DNA of 64,000 nt. Source: the human T2T-CHM13v2.0 reference genome, Homo sapiens. Of this stretch, positions 15,793 through 30,411 are shown in pieces. Position 1 is the first letter of the stretch. Each line of letters begins with the position of its first letter. Location of the stretch: assembly GCF_009914755.1 (NCBI RefSeq), contig NC_060926.1; one strand, 5' to 3'. Below the pieces are notes generated by a model. The model did not search any database and was not told the origin of the DNA. It was given only the letters and a program-made list of their open reading frames with translations. The translations under genes were made by a program, and so were the position numbers.

Positions 15793-17599
15793 CTATGAAG
15801 ACAGTATCACCCTAATATCAAAATGAAGAAAGGATATAACAAAGAAAGAAAACTGCAGACCAATATCCCTGATGAACATAGATACAAAAATCCTCAACAA
15901 AATACTAGTTTACCAAATCAAATGACATATCAAGAAGATAATCCACCATGATCAAATGGGTTTCATAACAGGAATAAAGGGATGGTTTAACATCTGTAAG
16001 TCAATAAATGTGATACACCACATAAACAGACTTAAAAACAAAAATCACATGATTATCTCAAGAGATGCAGAAAAAGCATTTCACAAATCCAGCATCCCTT
16101 CATGATTAAAACCCTTAGCAAAACTGGCATATAAGAGACATACCTTAAGGTAGTAAAAGCCATCTATGACAAACCCACAGCTAACATTATACCAACTGGG
16201 GAAAAGTTGAAGGTATTGCCCCTGATAACTGGAACAAGACAAGGATGCCCTCTTTCACCACTTGTGTTCAACATAGTACTAGAAGTCCTAGCCAGAGCAA
16301 TCAGAAAAGAGAAAGAAATAAAAGGCATCCAAATTGGTAATGAGGAAGTCAAACTGTCACTGTTTGCTGATGACATGGTCTTATACCTAGAAAACCCTGA
16401 AGACATCCAACAATCTCCTAGAACTGGTAAATGAATTCAGCAAAGTTTCAGGATACAAAATTAACATACACAAATCAGTAGCTCTGCTATACACCAACAG
16501 CGACCAAGCTGAGAATCAAATCAAGAACTCAACCCCTTTTACAATTGTTGCCAAAAACAAAACAAAACAAAACCTTAGGAATATGCTTAACCTAAGTGAA
16601 AGGAGGTGAAAGGCCATTACGAGGAAAATTACAAAACACTGCTGAAATAAATCATAGGTGACACAAACAAATGGAAACACATCCCATGCTTATGGATGAG
16701 TAGAATCAATATTGTGAAAATGACCATACTGCCAAAAGCAATCTACAAACTAAATGCAATACCTATCAAAATACCACCACCATTCTTCACAGAACTAGAA
16801 GAAACAATCCTAAAATTCATATGGAACCAAAAAAGAGCTCATATAGCCAAATCAAGATTAAGCAAAAAGAACAAATCTGGAGGCATTACATTACTTGACT
16901 TCAAACTATATTACAAGGCCATAGTCACCAAAACAGCATAGTACTGGTATAAAAATAGGCACATAGACCAATGGAACAGAATGGAGAACCCATAAATAAA
17001 GCCAAATATTTATAGTCAACTGATCTCTGACAAAGCAAACAAAAACATAAAATGAGGAAGACACCCTATTCAACAAATGATGCTGGGATAATTGGCAAGC
17101 CGCATGTAAAAGAATGAAACTGGCTTCTCATATCTCACCCTATACAAAACTCAAGATGGATTACAGACTTAAATCTAAGACTTGAAACCACAAAAATTCT
17201 AGAACAAACTTTGGAGAAACCCTTCTAGACACTGGTTTAGTCAAAGACTTCATGACCAAGAACCCAAAAGCAAATGCAACAAAAAGATAAATAGATGGGA
17301 CTTAATTAAATTTAAAAAAGCTCCTGCACAGCAAAAGAAATAATCAGCAGAGTAAACAGACAACCCATGGAGTGGGAGGAAAACATTCATAATCTATACA
17401 TCCGACAAATGACTAATACCCAGAATCTACAAGGAACACAAACAAATCAGCAAGAACAAAACAAACAATCCCATCAAAAAGTGGGCTAAGGACATGAATA
17501 GGCAATTCTCAAAAGAAGATATACAAATGGCCAACAAACATGAAAAAATGCTCAACATCACTACTTGATATGGTTTGGCTGTGTCCCCACCCAAATTTC

Positions 17600-17908
17600 T
17601 TTTGTTCTTTTTTTTTTTTTTTTTTTTTTTTTGAGATGGACTCTCACTCTGTCGCCCAGGCTGGAGTGCAATGGCACAATCTTGGCTCACTGCAACCTCC
17701 GCTTCCCAGGTTCTAGTGATTTTCCTGCCTCAGCCTGCTGAGTAGCTGGAACTATAGGCATGCATAACCACGCTGAGCTAATTTTTGTATTTTTAGTACA
17801 GACGCGGTTTCACCATGTTGGCCAGGCTGATCTCAAACTCCTGACCTCAGATGATCTGCCTGCCTCCCAAAGTGCTGGGATTACAGGCGAGAGCCACTGT
17901 GCCTGGTC
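17600..17908 (-). mobile_element. AluS in THE1
   Basis: TSD CCCACCCAAATTTC (17586-17599/17908-17921). Confidence 0.92.
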
Positions 17909-18205
17909 CCACCCAAATTTCATCTTGAATTGTAGTTCCCATAATCCCCGCGTGTCTTGGGAGGGACCCAGTGGGAGATAAGTGAATCATGGGGGTGGTT
18001 ACCCCCATGCTGTTCTCATGATAGTGAGTTCTCACAAGATCTGATGGTTTTAAAAGGGGCTTTTCTCCCTTTGCTTGGTACTTCTCTCTCTTGCAACCTT
18101 GTGGAAAAGGACATGTTTGCCTCCCCTTCCACCATGATGGAAAGTTTCCTGAGTTCTTCCTAGCCATGCAGAACTGTGAGTCAACTAAACTTCCTTCCTT
18201 TATAA

Positions 18206-18526
<321 letters not shown>

Positions 18527-18966
18527 AGGGCAGTCCTCTATAGCAGCATGAGAACGGACTAATATACTACTTATCAGGAAAATGCAAATCAAAACCATCA
18601 GGAAAATGCAAATCAAAACCACAATGCAATACCACCTCACTCCTGCAAGAATGGCCATAATCAAAAAATCAAAAAATAATAGATGTTAGTGTGGATGTGG
18701 TGAAAAGGAAACACTTTTACATTGTTGGTGGGAATGTAAACTAGTACAACCACTATGGAAAACAGTGTGGAGATTCCTTAAAGAACTAAAAGTAGATCTA
18801 CCATTTGATCCAGCAATCCCACTCCTGGGTATCTACCCAGAGGAAAAGAAGTCATTATATGAAAAAGATACCTGCACACACGTTTATAGCAGCACAATTC
18901 GCAAATGCAAAAAAATGGAACCAGCCCAAATGCCCATCAATCAACAAGTGGATAAAGAAAATGTTT

Positions 18967-18969
<3 letters not shown>

Positions 18970-19006
<37 letters not shown>
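18970..19006. repeat. (CA)n microsatellite in L1
   Basis: About 18 CA units. Confidence 0.95.
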
Positions 19007-19011
<5 letters not shown>

Positions 19012-19444
19012 ACCATATAATACTACTCGGCCATAAAAAGGAATGAAATAATGGCATTTGCAGGAGCCTGGACAGAATTAGAGACTGTTATTCTAAGTGA
19101 AGTAACTCACTTCACTTAGAATGGAAAACCAGACATTGTATGTTCTCACTCACAAGTGGGAGCTAAGCTGTGAGGATGCAAAGGCATAAGAATGATACGA
19201 TGGACGTTTGGGGACTTTGGGGACTCAGGGGATTCAGGGGAAAGGGTGGGAGGGGGATGAGGGATAAAAGACTACGCATTGAGTACAGTGTATAGTGCTC
19301 AGGTGATGGGTGCACCAAAATCTCACAAACCACCACTAAAGAGCTTGTTCATGTAACCAAACACAACCTTTTCCCAAAAAACCTATTGAAATAAAAAAAA
19401 AATTTAAAAGAAAGAAATAATGGTTTTTAACAGTTTTATCATAT

Positions 19445-19641
<197 letters not shown>

Positions 19642-19779
19642 TGAATAGTATAGATTTAGAAATGATATTCCAGTTCTTCTTCTACATTATAGAGAAGAAA
19701 AAACAGTAACAAAAAGTAAATAACTTCCTATGGCTAAATACTTTTTTACCTCATAGGAGACTTTAGCCTGTCTTCCTTT

Positions 19780-20430
19780 CTTCCTTCCTTCAAAAATTAT
19801 TGAAAACCTGCTAGTAATACTTGCAAGATACTATCCTGTGAGTTGTGAGCATATAAAATGACTCAAAAATTAACTCTACTTTCAAAAGATTTACTGACAA
19901 GTAGGGACAATGTTTGTAAACACAGAGTAAATGTGTTACGTGCTTTAAAAGCGGGGAGAAATTGCTTCTGATTGGGATCATGGAAAGACGGAGAATGTGA
20001 AATTTGAGGTTACTAAGAGAGAGGTAGATTTTGAATATGTGGGTGTTTGTGGAGGGAGTATTGAAAAGAAAGGATGATCACAGAAGTAGAAAAACTCAGG
20101 GCAAATACTGGGAAAAAAAGGTTCGATTCATCTGACCATCCTTGGGAATAAGGAGAGGAAATGGGAAATGGAAAATAGAGTAAGACAAACGGGAGCCAGT
20201 AGACCTCTTAAGAGGCCATGTATTAGGACAGTCCAGAAAAGGGGCCAGGAAGGCCTGCATTAAGCTGGTGTCTTGCAAGTGGCTGTAGTGAACATAGAGG
20301 AGGTTGTGGTCACAGAGGTTTGGTGGTGGAATCTAGGATTTGGCAACTGATTGATCTATAAGGCAAAGACAAGGGAAGGGCCAAAGAGGTTGCCAAAGCT
20401 TCAAATACCAGTCCCTGGGGAGATGATGGG
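19780..20430 (-). mobile_element. L2 fragments
   Basis: Purine-rich reverse-L2 motifs (AGGATTTGGCAACTGATTG). Confidence 0.5.
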
Positions 20431-20744
20431 GGAAACCAAACCAATCTCAGTCTTTATGGAAGCAAAAAGTTATACCAGTGCTAGTGAAAATTCATTGTGC
20501 CTGGGTGGTTAACTCACCGTGAAGGAACAAGTGTTATTTCTTCTACTTATTGGAAGGACAGACTGGGCTTTGTTAGGAAGGAGAGTTTTTTTTGTTTTGT
20601 TTTGTTTTAAAGTCTGACCACTGAATCTGTCAAGTAACTTAGAAGAGTAAAGGGCCTCAGGATAGAAACAGGGAGAGCAAGGAAAGCACACATGTCAGGT
20701 AAAGTGGCAGAAGACGATGAGCTTCAGCTTATGGTCAGCAAGAA

Positions 20745-20921
20745 TACTGGTGCTGTTCCCAAATCTTCTGATCTTTCAATAAAAACTGAAAATCTTCACT
20801 TTTTAATGAAACCTCCATCTTTTAATGTTGTCAGTTCAGAGTGTTAAAAGGTACTATACTCATAGGACAAAATGTGTCTGCTGTCAGATCTGATCAGAGA
20901 CCAGCAATTTTCTGACTCCAG
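20745..20921 (+). mobile_element. MER103-type hAT fragment
   Basis: AAATCTTCTGATCTTTCAA...TTTTAATGTTG...CAAAATGTGTCTG resembles recalled MER103C. Confidence 0.5.
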
Positions 20922-21034
20922 GTATCAGATCATGGGGCAACAGTTCTGGACTCTCCTACATAGGGATGATGCCTAGGAATAAAGAGACCAACAGCCCTGT
21001 CTGAATACTGCTGAAATGCATAAACTCTGAAACT

Positions 21035-21190
21035 AGTACAGCATACTATAGTGGTTAAGAGCACAGACTCCCAAACCAGACTGCCTGGGTCCAAATCCTG
21101 GTTCCTTACTAGCCAGGCAGTCTAGTGCAAACTACTCTCTGTACCATAGTGTCCTTAATTTAAAAATGAATGTAATAATACTATGACCTA
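21035..21190 (+). mobile_element. MIR fragment
   Basis: TAGTGGTTAAGAGCACAGACTC...CCAGACTGCCTGGGTCCAAATCCTGG. Confidence 0.75.
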
Positions 21191-21241
21191 TCTGGTGCAG
21201 ATATGTAAACATTTGCTAGCATTATCTGTGATGAATCTCTT

Positions 21242-21537
<296 letters not shown>

Positions 21538-22239
21538 TGATGAATCTCAAGAGAAACGGAAGGGGCACTGCAAAATGACTGATTAGATTTCTAATTATCC
21601 GGGGTAGGTGGCAGTCTTGAGCAAAATTTAATTTGATATAAAAAAATGAAATATGACATTCCTTGTATTTGCATATCACAGAGCAAATTCATACCAGTTA
21701 CCTTGATTCTGTTGTCATATTTCATCTTCATCATATTTCTCTCCATATCCTGTGTCAGACATAATTTTTATACCCTTCTTTAATGGCTTAGTATCTTATT
21801 CCTCAGTGTTACTCATATCCAGAATAGTCTTGTTATTTTCGATGACAACTCTCTATTGAAAGAAAAGGGTAGGAAAAATTAAGTATATTGAAACCGTCTT
21901 TCTAAGAAAAGTTTTTAAATCTTATTTTACAATATTCTCCCTTTCCTAACTGGGCATATGACCCTTCTGTCTTTTATAAATAGCCAGTAAAGTGTTTTTG
22001 CACATTTATACATACATAATACATATCCACAAACTGTCCCATAGACAGGATCTCTTTACTCAAGCTTAATTAAATTGATTTGAAAGAACTAATTTTACAC
22101 TATGTAAAGAATGAGCAATCTTTATCTTTTGAAAACCTTTTGGACTTAAAAAGGAAAAAAATTCTTTTGGAAGGAAATGACATTATACTTTTTAAAAAAT
22201 ATTCAGAGCTCTCAAAAGGTACACTGTATTCACTCTCTC

Positions 22240-22589
22240 TTTCTTTTTCCCTCTTTCCTTCCTTTCTTTCTTTCATTCTTTCATTCTTACATTCTTTCTT
22301 ATTTTGAAACAGGAGCTCACTCTGTCACCCAGGCTGGAGCGCAGTGGCATGATCACAGCTCACTGCAGCCTCAACCTCCTGGGCCAAGTGATCCTCCTGC
22401 CTCAGCCTCTGAAGTAGCTGGGACCACAGGTGCTCGCCACCATGCCCTGCTAATTTGTTTTTTATTTTTTGTAGAGACAGGGTCTCACTATGTTGTCCAG
22501 CCTCGGCTCGAACTCCTGGGCTCAAGTGATCCTCCTTCGTCAGACTCCCTAAGTGCTGGGATTACAGGTATGAGCCACCACAACCAGCC
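22240..22589 (-). mobile_element. AluJ with CT-rich tail
   Basis: Reverse dimer; TSD TTCACTCTCT. Confidence 0.9.
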
Positions 22590-22779
22590 TTCACTCTCTT
22601 TTAAGCTACTACACACCAGAAAATTAATTCAAAACTTACTCTGTCTAATTTAAATGGCATATATGCAGAACAGCATTATTCATACCTAAATATATATATG
22701 CCATTATGAATACTAAACATTTGTGATTATTGCACTACTTGCAAACTCAGAGAATTTATTTATTTCATCCCATTGATTA

Positions 22780-23113
<334 letters not shown>

Positions 23114-23944
23114 CTATCCCCTGCCTTTTTGCTAATCAAGATTGCTAATTCATTTTTATCAAATATGATGAAAAAGAGGCCTTACATACTTCTGCTTTTT
23201 TCCCTCATGCTGCCTTTAAATATAACAGCCATTTGATTCTTTCAGGTAGATGGGTACTTTACTTGGTAGAAGGCCTAAACTGAATTTCAACCCTTGACAT
23301 AGTCAAGAAGCATAAATGTGCAATAATCTGTATAAAGACAGTATCTTTAATCTCTTTACAGAGATTATTTCTAACTGGCTATACCACTTCCAGGTATGGA
23401 ACAGGCTGACAGAGCTGGATCCAAAGGGCTCAGAATGGAGCAACCAAGGTGTATTCACCTGATGCTTTGGTCTCCCTAAGCTCTTCCATAGAAACGATCA
23501 TATATCACCTCGGCAATTGTTTTGTAAGTACTCAGAGATTATATCACAACAAAAATGCTATTGTAGATTCATATATCTCTCAAAAGCCAGAGACTTGAGA
23601 ACAGCCAAATCAGGAGCAGCCACCACAAACCAAACTACCACACTCCCAACATGCTCCTGAAACAGGCCATCCCCAGCAAGCCCAGCCTTGGCGACTGGCC
23701 CAATTTCACCCACCCCTGGCCAGGTAGAGACCAATCTATAACACATTTCCAAAGCCTTATCTGTCTATAAGCCTTGGCTCAGTGATTCCACTTAAGAAAA
23801 TAATCCTAAATTTCTGCAAAGCTCAAGAAAGCAAATATGTATTATGCTAAGTTCTATGCATCATAAACCATGGTAGGTGTTGGAAACAATAAAATTATTG
23901 CTTGCCCTTATGAACTTTATAAAGTGAACTGGAAATTTTATACT

Positions 23945-24245
23945 TCTCATTTACTGAATGCCTCCTATGTACCAGGTGCTCTACTAGGCATTTTATATGT
24001 GTTATCTCACTTAATCGTTACAGCCTATAAAATATAAGTAGTATCACCCATATCTCACATTAAAGCGGTTGAGTAATTTGTCCCAAGTCACACAGCTAAG
24101 AAGTAGCATTTCTCTGAGACCGCGCCACTGCACTCCAGCTTGGGCAACAGAACGAGACTCCGTCTCAAAAAAAAAAGAAGTAGCATTTCTGAGATTCAAA
24201 CTCAGGTCTAAAGCTTTTCAAATTTCGTGTTTTACCCACCAAGCT
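23945..24245 (-). mobile_element. MIR, split by an Alu 3' fragment
   Basis: ATTTACTGAATGCCTCCTATGTACCAGG...TTTGTCCCAAGTCACACAGCTAAGAAGT...GATTCAAACTCAGGTC. Confidence 0.75.
24114..24176 (+). mobile_element. Severely 5'-truncated Alu (~60 bp)
   Basis: Only the last ~50 nt of Alu plus A tail; 16-bp TSD AAGAAGTAGCATTTCT (24098-24113/24175-24190). Confidence 0.9.
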
Positions 24246-24401
24246 GCATTATATATTTTAAATAACAGTAACAACATCAACAACCATCTAATGTAAACAA
24301 TAGAGGAATGAGTACATAAGTTAATATCAATAGGTTGGATATGCAGCCATTAAAAGTGATATCTATGACAGTTTGTCACAACACAGAAAATTGCTTGCTT
24401 A

Positions 24402-24728
<327 letters not shown>

Positions 24729-25519
24729 CAACCAGGATGTGAATTCATATACTATGATTTAAACTATGATTAAAACACATACACACACACGTACTAGAAT
24801 AAAAAGCACATTTAAAAAAATAGGTAAACCTCCTGCACTTTCACTTAAATAATACAAAATTAAGGGAAACTATAAGGGGAAAAATTGTGTTTTCACATAC
24901 AATTCAGACAAAACAGTTGACCCAAGCCTATTTAAAATGGGGACTAGATCCTCTTTCCCCTAACAGTTACTTTAAAAATTTCCTCTCATCATCCTATCTT
25001 CTGTGTGAAATAAGAAGAAGCATATATTTGGTCTGACCCCAGTTCCTGGCACACAGCTCCTAAAACCCTTGTAATTTCCTGAGCATCTCAATTGCTAGGT
25101 GCATTCTTTGTTCTAATATTTGGTCTTTGACCCTGGTTCCTGAAACAGAGCTTAATTCCTTGGAGTTTCTTGGGTTAAAGGAGCACCTTTTGTTCTAATG
25201 AGGTGACTCTTCATGGGTTTCTGGAAGGGGGGTGGTCACCAGAAATACCAACCCATGATTAAAAGTTTGGAACTTTCAGCCCTACTCTGCAACCTCCAGG
25301 AAGGAAAGAGGGACTGCATTTGAGTTAATTGTTGATCATGTCTACATGATTAAGCCTCCATAAAAATCCCCAAACTACGGGGTTCAGAGAGCTTCCGGGT
25401 TGCTGAAATCATGGAAGGTGGCATCCCCTAAGAGGCCATAAAAGCTCACAACCCCTTCCCCATACATTGCCTTGTGCATCTTTTTCATCTGGCTGTTCCT
25501 GAGTTGCATCCCCCCTGCC

Positions 25520-25656
25520 TTTTTTTTTTTTTTTTAAATAGAGGTGGGGTCTCACTATGTTGCCTAGGCTGGTCTTGATCTCCTGGGCTCATGTGATCCT
25601 CCAGCCTGAGTCTCTGAAATTGCTGGGATTACAGGTGTGAGCCACCATGCCTGGCC
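25520..25656 (-). mobile_element. Alu left-arm monomer (FLAM)
   Basis: Single reverse arm; TTGCATCC on both sides. Confidence 0.85.
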
Positions 25657-25913
25657 ATGAATTGCATCCTGTTATAATAACAGGTAAACAAAAGTAAAGA
25701 GTTCTCTGAGTTCTGTGAGCCATTCTAGCAAATGATTGAACCCCTGGGGGGTCATGGGAACCTCTGATTTGTAACCAAGTCAGACAAAAGGTGTGGGTAA
25801 TCTGGGAACCTACTATTTGCACTTGGCATCTGATGTTTGGGGCAGTCTCATGGGATTGAGCCCTTAACCTGTGGCGTCTGTGCTGACTAGAGTAAGTGTC
25901 AGAACTGAATTAA

Positions 25914-26305
<392 letters not shown>

Positions 26306-26367
26306 CTTTGTTGCTTTGAGAGTATAAACAGTAGGAGAAGACATTTTAGTTTTTTCCTATTGCACAC

Positions 26368-26900
26368 TGTATTAATTAGGGTTCTCCAGAGAAATAGAAC
26401 TGTGTGTGTGTGCGTAGACATAACAGGAGATATATACACACACATCCTATTGGTTCTGTTTCTCTGGAGAACCCAAACACAGTGTGTAATAGGTGTGTGT
26501 GGGGGTGTGTGTGTATATATACATATACACCCACACACACACACATAGAAGGAGAGAGAGGTAGATAAATCTGTTCCAAGGAACTGGCAATTGTGGGAGC
26601 TAGCAAGTCCAAAATCTGCAGGGCAGCCTGGAGACCTGGAGAGGAGTGGGTGTTGCAGTCTTCAGTTCGATGGCAGTCTAGAGGCAGAATTTCTTTCTCC
26701 TCAGAGGAGCTCAGTCTCTTAAGACCCTCAACTGATTGTGTGATGCCCACCCTCATAATAAAGGGGAATCTGTTTTACTCAAAGCTGACAATTTAGATGC
26801 TAATCTCATCTTAAAAGTACCTCACAGCAACATCTAGACATGTTTGCTCAAATAACTGGGCACCATAGCCTAACAAATTCAAACATAAAAATGAATCATA
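26368..26900 (-). mobile_element. MLT2 (ERVL) solo LTR
   Basis: TGTATTAATTAGGGTTCTCCAGAGAAA terminus, internal (TG)/(CA) tract, GCAAGTCCAAAATCTGCAGGGCAG, CATCTAGACATGTTTG. Confidence 0.8.
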
Positions 26901-27593
26901 TTATAATCCTTCCCCAATCTACATAGAAAAAAATGAATGAGTATTTCACATCCTGAAACACAGGCTCATTCCATCCTTTGATAAACATTATTGAAGGCCT
27001 GGCCCCTTTCTAACGTTAGGCCCATTATGAGACATAAATATAATCTCGCTGCACATTTGTTGGATCATAACAAATCAAATCTGTAGCCCCTTAATGTTTA
27101 CAAAATATGTTCATAAATACATCTTGTGTAATCTTCACAAATCATTATTGCAGTCCTCATTTGACCAAAAATAAGGCAAGAGAGAATACTCTGACACATC
27201 AAAGATTGTAGCGTCAATAGGTGATAGAGCCAACAAGAGTCAGATCTTCTGACATTTCTTCATCAGATAGAGCCCTTTCTTCATCACATGGACACTGTGA
27301 ACAGAAGTAACACAGGTCCTCAAGGATAGCAGCTATTTTATTATTTCCCAATTAATCTACATTGAAAAGACACAAAGATCAAGATGCCTAGCTTATTCCC
27401 CTGACTGGGAATATAAAGTTGTAAAACAACTTTAGGAATTGATCACTGTCTACAAGTAGTGTTTAGTTTTGTTTTTAACTTTTATTAAAGTATAGCATGC
27501 TAACTCAGATTATAAGTTTACACCTCAATAAATTTTCACAAAATGAATACCCCTGTGTAACTGTTACCAAGATCAAGAAATAGAATATGACCA

Positions 27594-27920
<327 letters not shown>

Positions 27921-28039
27921 CATCAGTATCTCAGAAGCCCTTTTGGGGCCCCCTTTCAGCCATCATCTTTCCCGCAAAGGTAACCACCATCCAGATATCT
28001 TTCACTGTCAACCAATTTTGCCTTTGTTTTCAACTTTAA

Positions 28040-28173
28040 TTTTTTTTTTTTTTTTTGTAGACGATTTCTCACTGTGTTTCTCAGAATGGTCTCAGACTCC
28101 TGGCCTCAAGCGATCCTTCTGCCTGAGCCTCCCAAAGTGCCGGGATTACAGGCATGAACCACTGCACTCAGCC
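28040..28173 (-). mobile_element. Alu left-arm monomer (FLAM)
   Basis: Single reverse arm; CTGTTTTCAAC-like duplication on both sides. Confidence 0.82.
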
Positions 28174-30067
28174 TGTTTTCAACCTTATATAAATGGAATC
28201 CTACTGTATGTGCTTTTTGATATCTGGGCTCCTTTGCTCTATATTATGTCTGTGAGATTAATAAACTTGTTTGTTCAGTTACGTTACTGCTGTGTAGCAT
28301 TCTATTGTATAATGTACCACAATTTATTCATCTGGTCATCCAACAATTTGGGTGGTTATGTTTGGGGGTACTGTGAACTATGCTGCTGTGAATATGTACC
28401 CAAGTTGTGGACCATCTATGTATGTGTTTCTGTTCAGTATATACCTTGAAGTGTAATTGCTGGGTCATTCATCTGCATGCATTCATTTTTACTGGAAACT
28501 GCCAAACAGCTTCCTAAGTGGTTGTGCTAATTTGTACAACCACTAGCAGTTGATGAGATTTCCAGTTGTTCCACTCATTAGCTTTTATCATTGTTGTTTT
28601 TAATGTTATACTTTTACAACATATGGATATATTCATACAATGTATAACATTGGTTTGCATGTTTTCAAAACTTCATAGAAATGCTACTGTATCATGCTGA
28701 AAATATTCTACCACTTGTTTCTGAGATTTATCTGTGTTGGTACATATAGTTCCAATTTATTCTCTTTCACTGCTACACACCATTCTAGTTTTTCAAGTCT
28801 GAATCTTGTTGATGGCCACTCAGCTTGTTTCCATTTTTTCATGATTATAAATGACACAAAGACTGTTCTTATTCATGTGTCTTTGTACCCATCTGTGAGA
28901 CTATCTCAAGTGCAACTGCTGAGTCATAGTATATGTATATCTTCAGCTATACTAGATATTGGCAAAATTGCTTTCCAAAATTGTTGTACCAACTTGACAC
29001 TGCTATAAGCAGCCTGTGAGGGTGTCCATTGCTCCAGATCCTCACCAGTGATTTGTATGGTTGGATGTTTTTTAATGTTTGTTGATTGAATGGGTGTGTA
29101 ATATCCTAATAACTTTCTTAAATAAGTTTTCCAAAAACTTTATAAATACATACACTTATATTTGCAAAGAGGAAGAGAGGTTCATTCCCCTTCTCTATTC
29201 ACATAGAGCTGTGGTTCTGGAACCTTAGTGTTCTTTATTTAAGCGGGGCCTGGGGATCTGCCTGACTGCATGCAGATGTCAGAAGACCCTGAGGAATGTT
29301 GCCTCAGTGCCTTGTATGCACAGCTAGCACAGTTATCTCAAGTACTTACGGGTTATGTTATCTTCTCCCCAGCTAGGACATGGGCTGCTGGATGGCAGAG
29401 ACAAATTCTATGACAGTTTTGTATCCTTAGGGCCCAGCCCTCAGAGGAAACTCAGTGAGTATTCATGGACGTAGGGAAGGAAGGAAAAGTGGGAATGACA
29501 ACTTATTTTCTGTTTGGTCTGCATCAGATCTTAGAGCATCTGGAGATACATAGTTTGTTTATTTAAAAATGCAAAGCACACACATATTCTTTTCTATTAA
29601 CTGTTAGGGATTTAATAATATTCTTTCATATAAATAATTTTCAACTTGGCCTAATGAATGACATATCAAAGCCTTCCATTTTGTAGTATTTCCTCATGTT
29701 TTCTCTCAGGAGGATTACATACTGAATACTTTGGAACAGGGTGCTCCCTGGACAACATACAGATGTATTCATATGATATGTAACATTGGTTTGCATATTT
29801 TCAAAACTTCATAGAAATGCTATCATGCTGAAAATATTCTGCCACTTGGCACATACATTGGAGCTTTCCTCCAAAGGGTCTAGTAAGCAAAATACATTCA
29901 AAATGATGACGGGGAGTTAGTGAAAGGCAGAAAGAAAAGAATCTTCTGAAAGCAAAAAAGCAGAGATGGATCAAGGCAGAGGGAGGAACACAGAAAAGGA
30001 GAGAGGAGACTGAAAGGTGAAATTTATCCAACAGTGGGTTCATTAATTAGGAAGGGCTCCTCATTAG

Positions 30068-30411
<344 letters not shown>

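Noticed and set aside
16207-16941. Reverse-transcriptase-like ORFs with QG and FADD motifs
   Set aside because: They are fragments of a dead L1 ORF2 with stops and frameshifts, not a host gene or a novel RT system.
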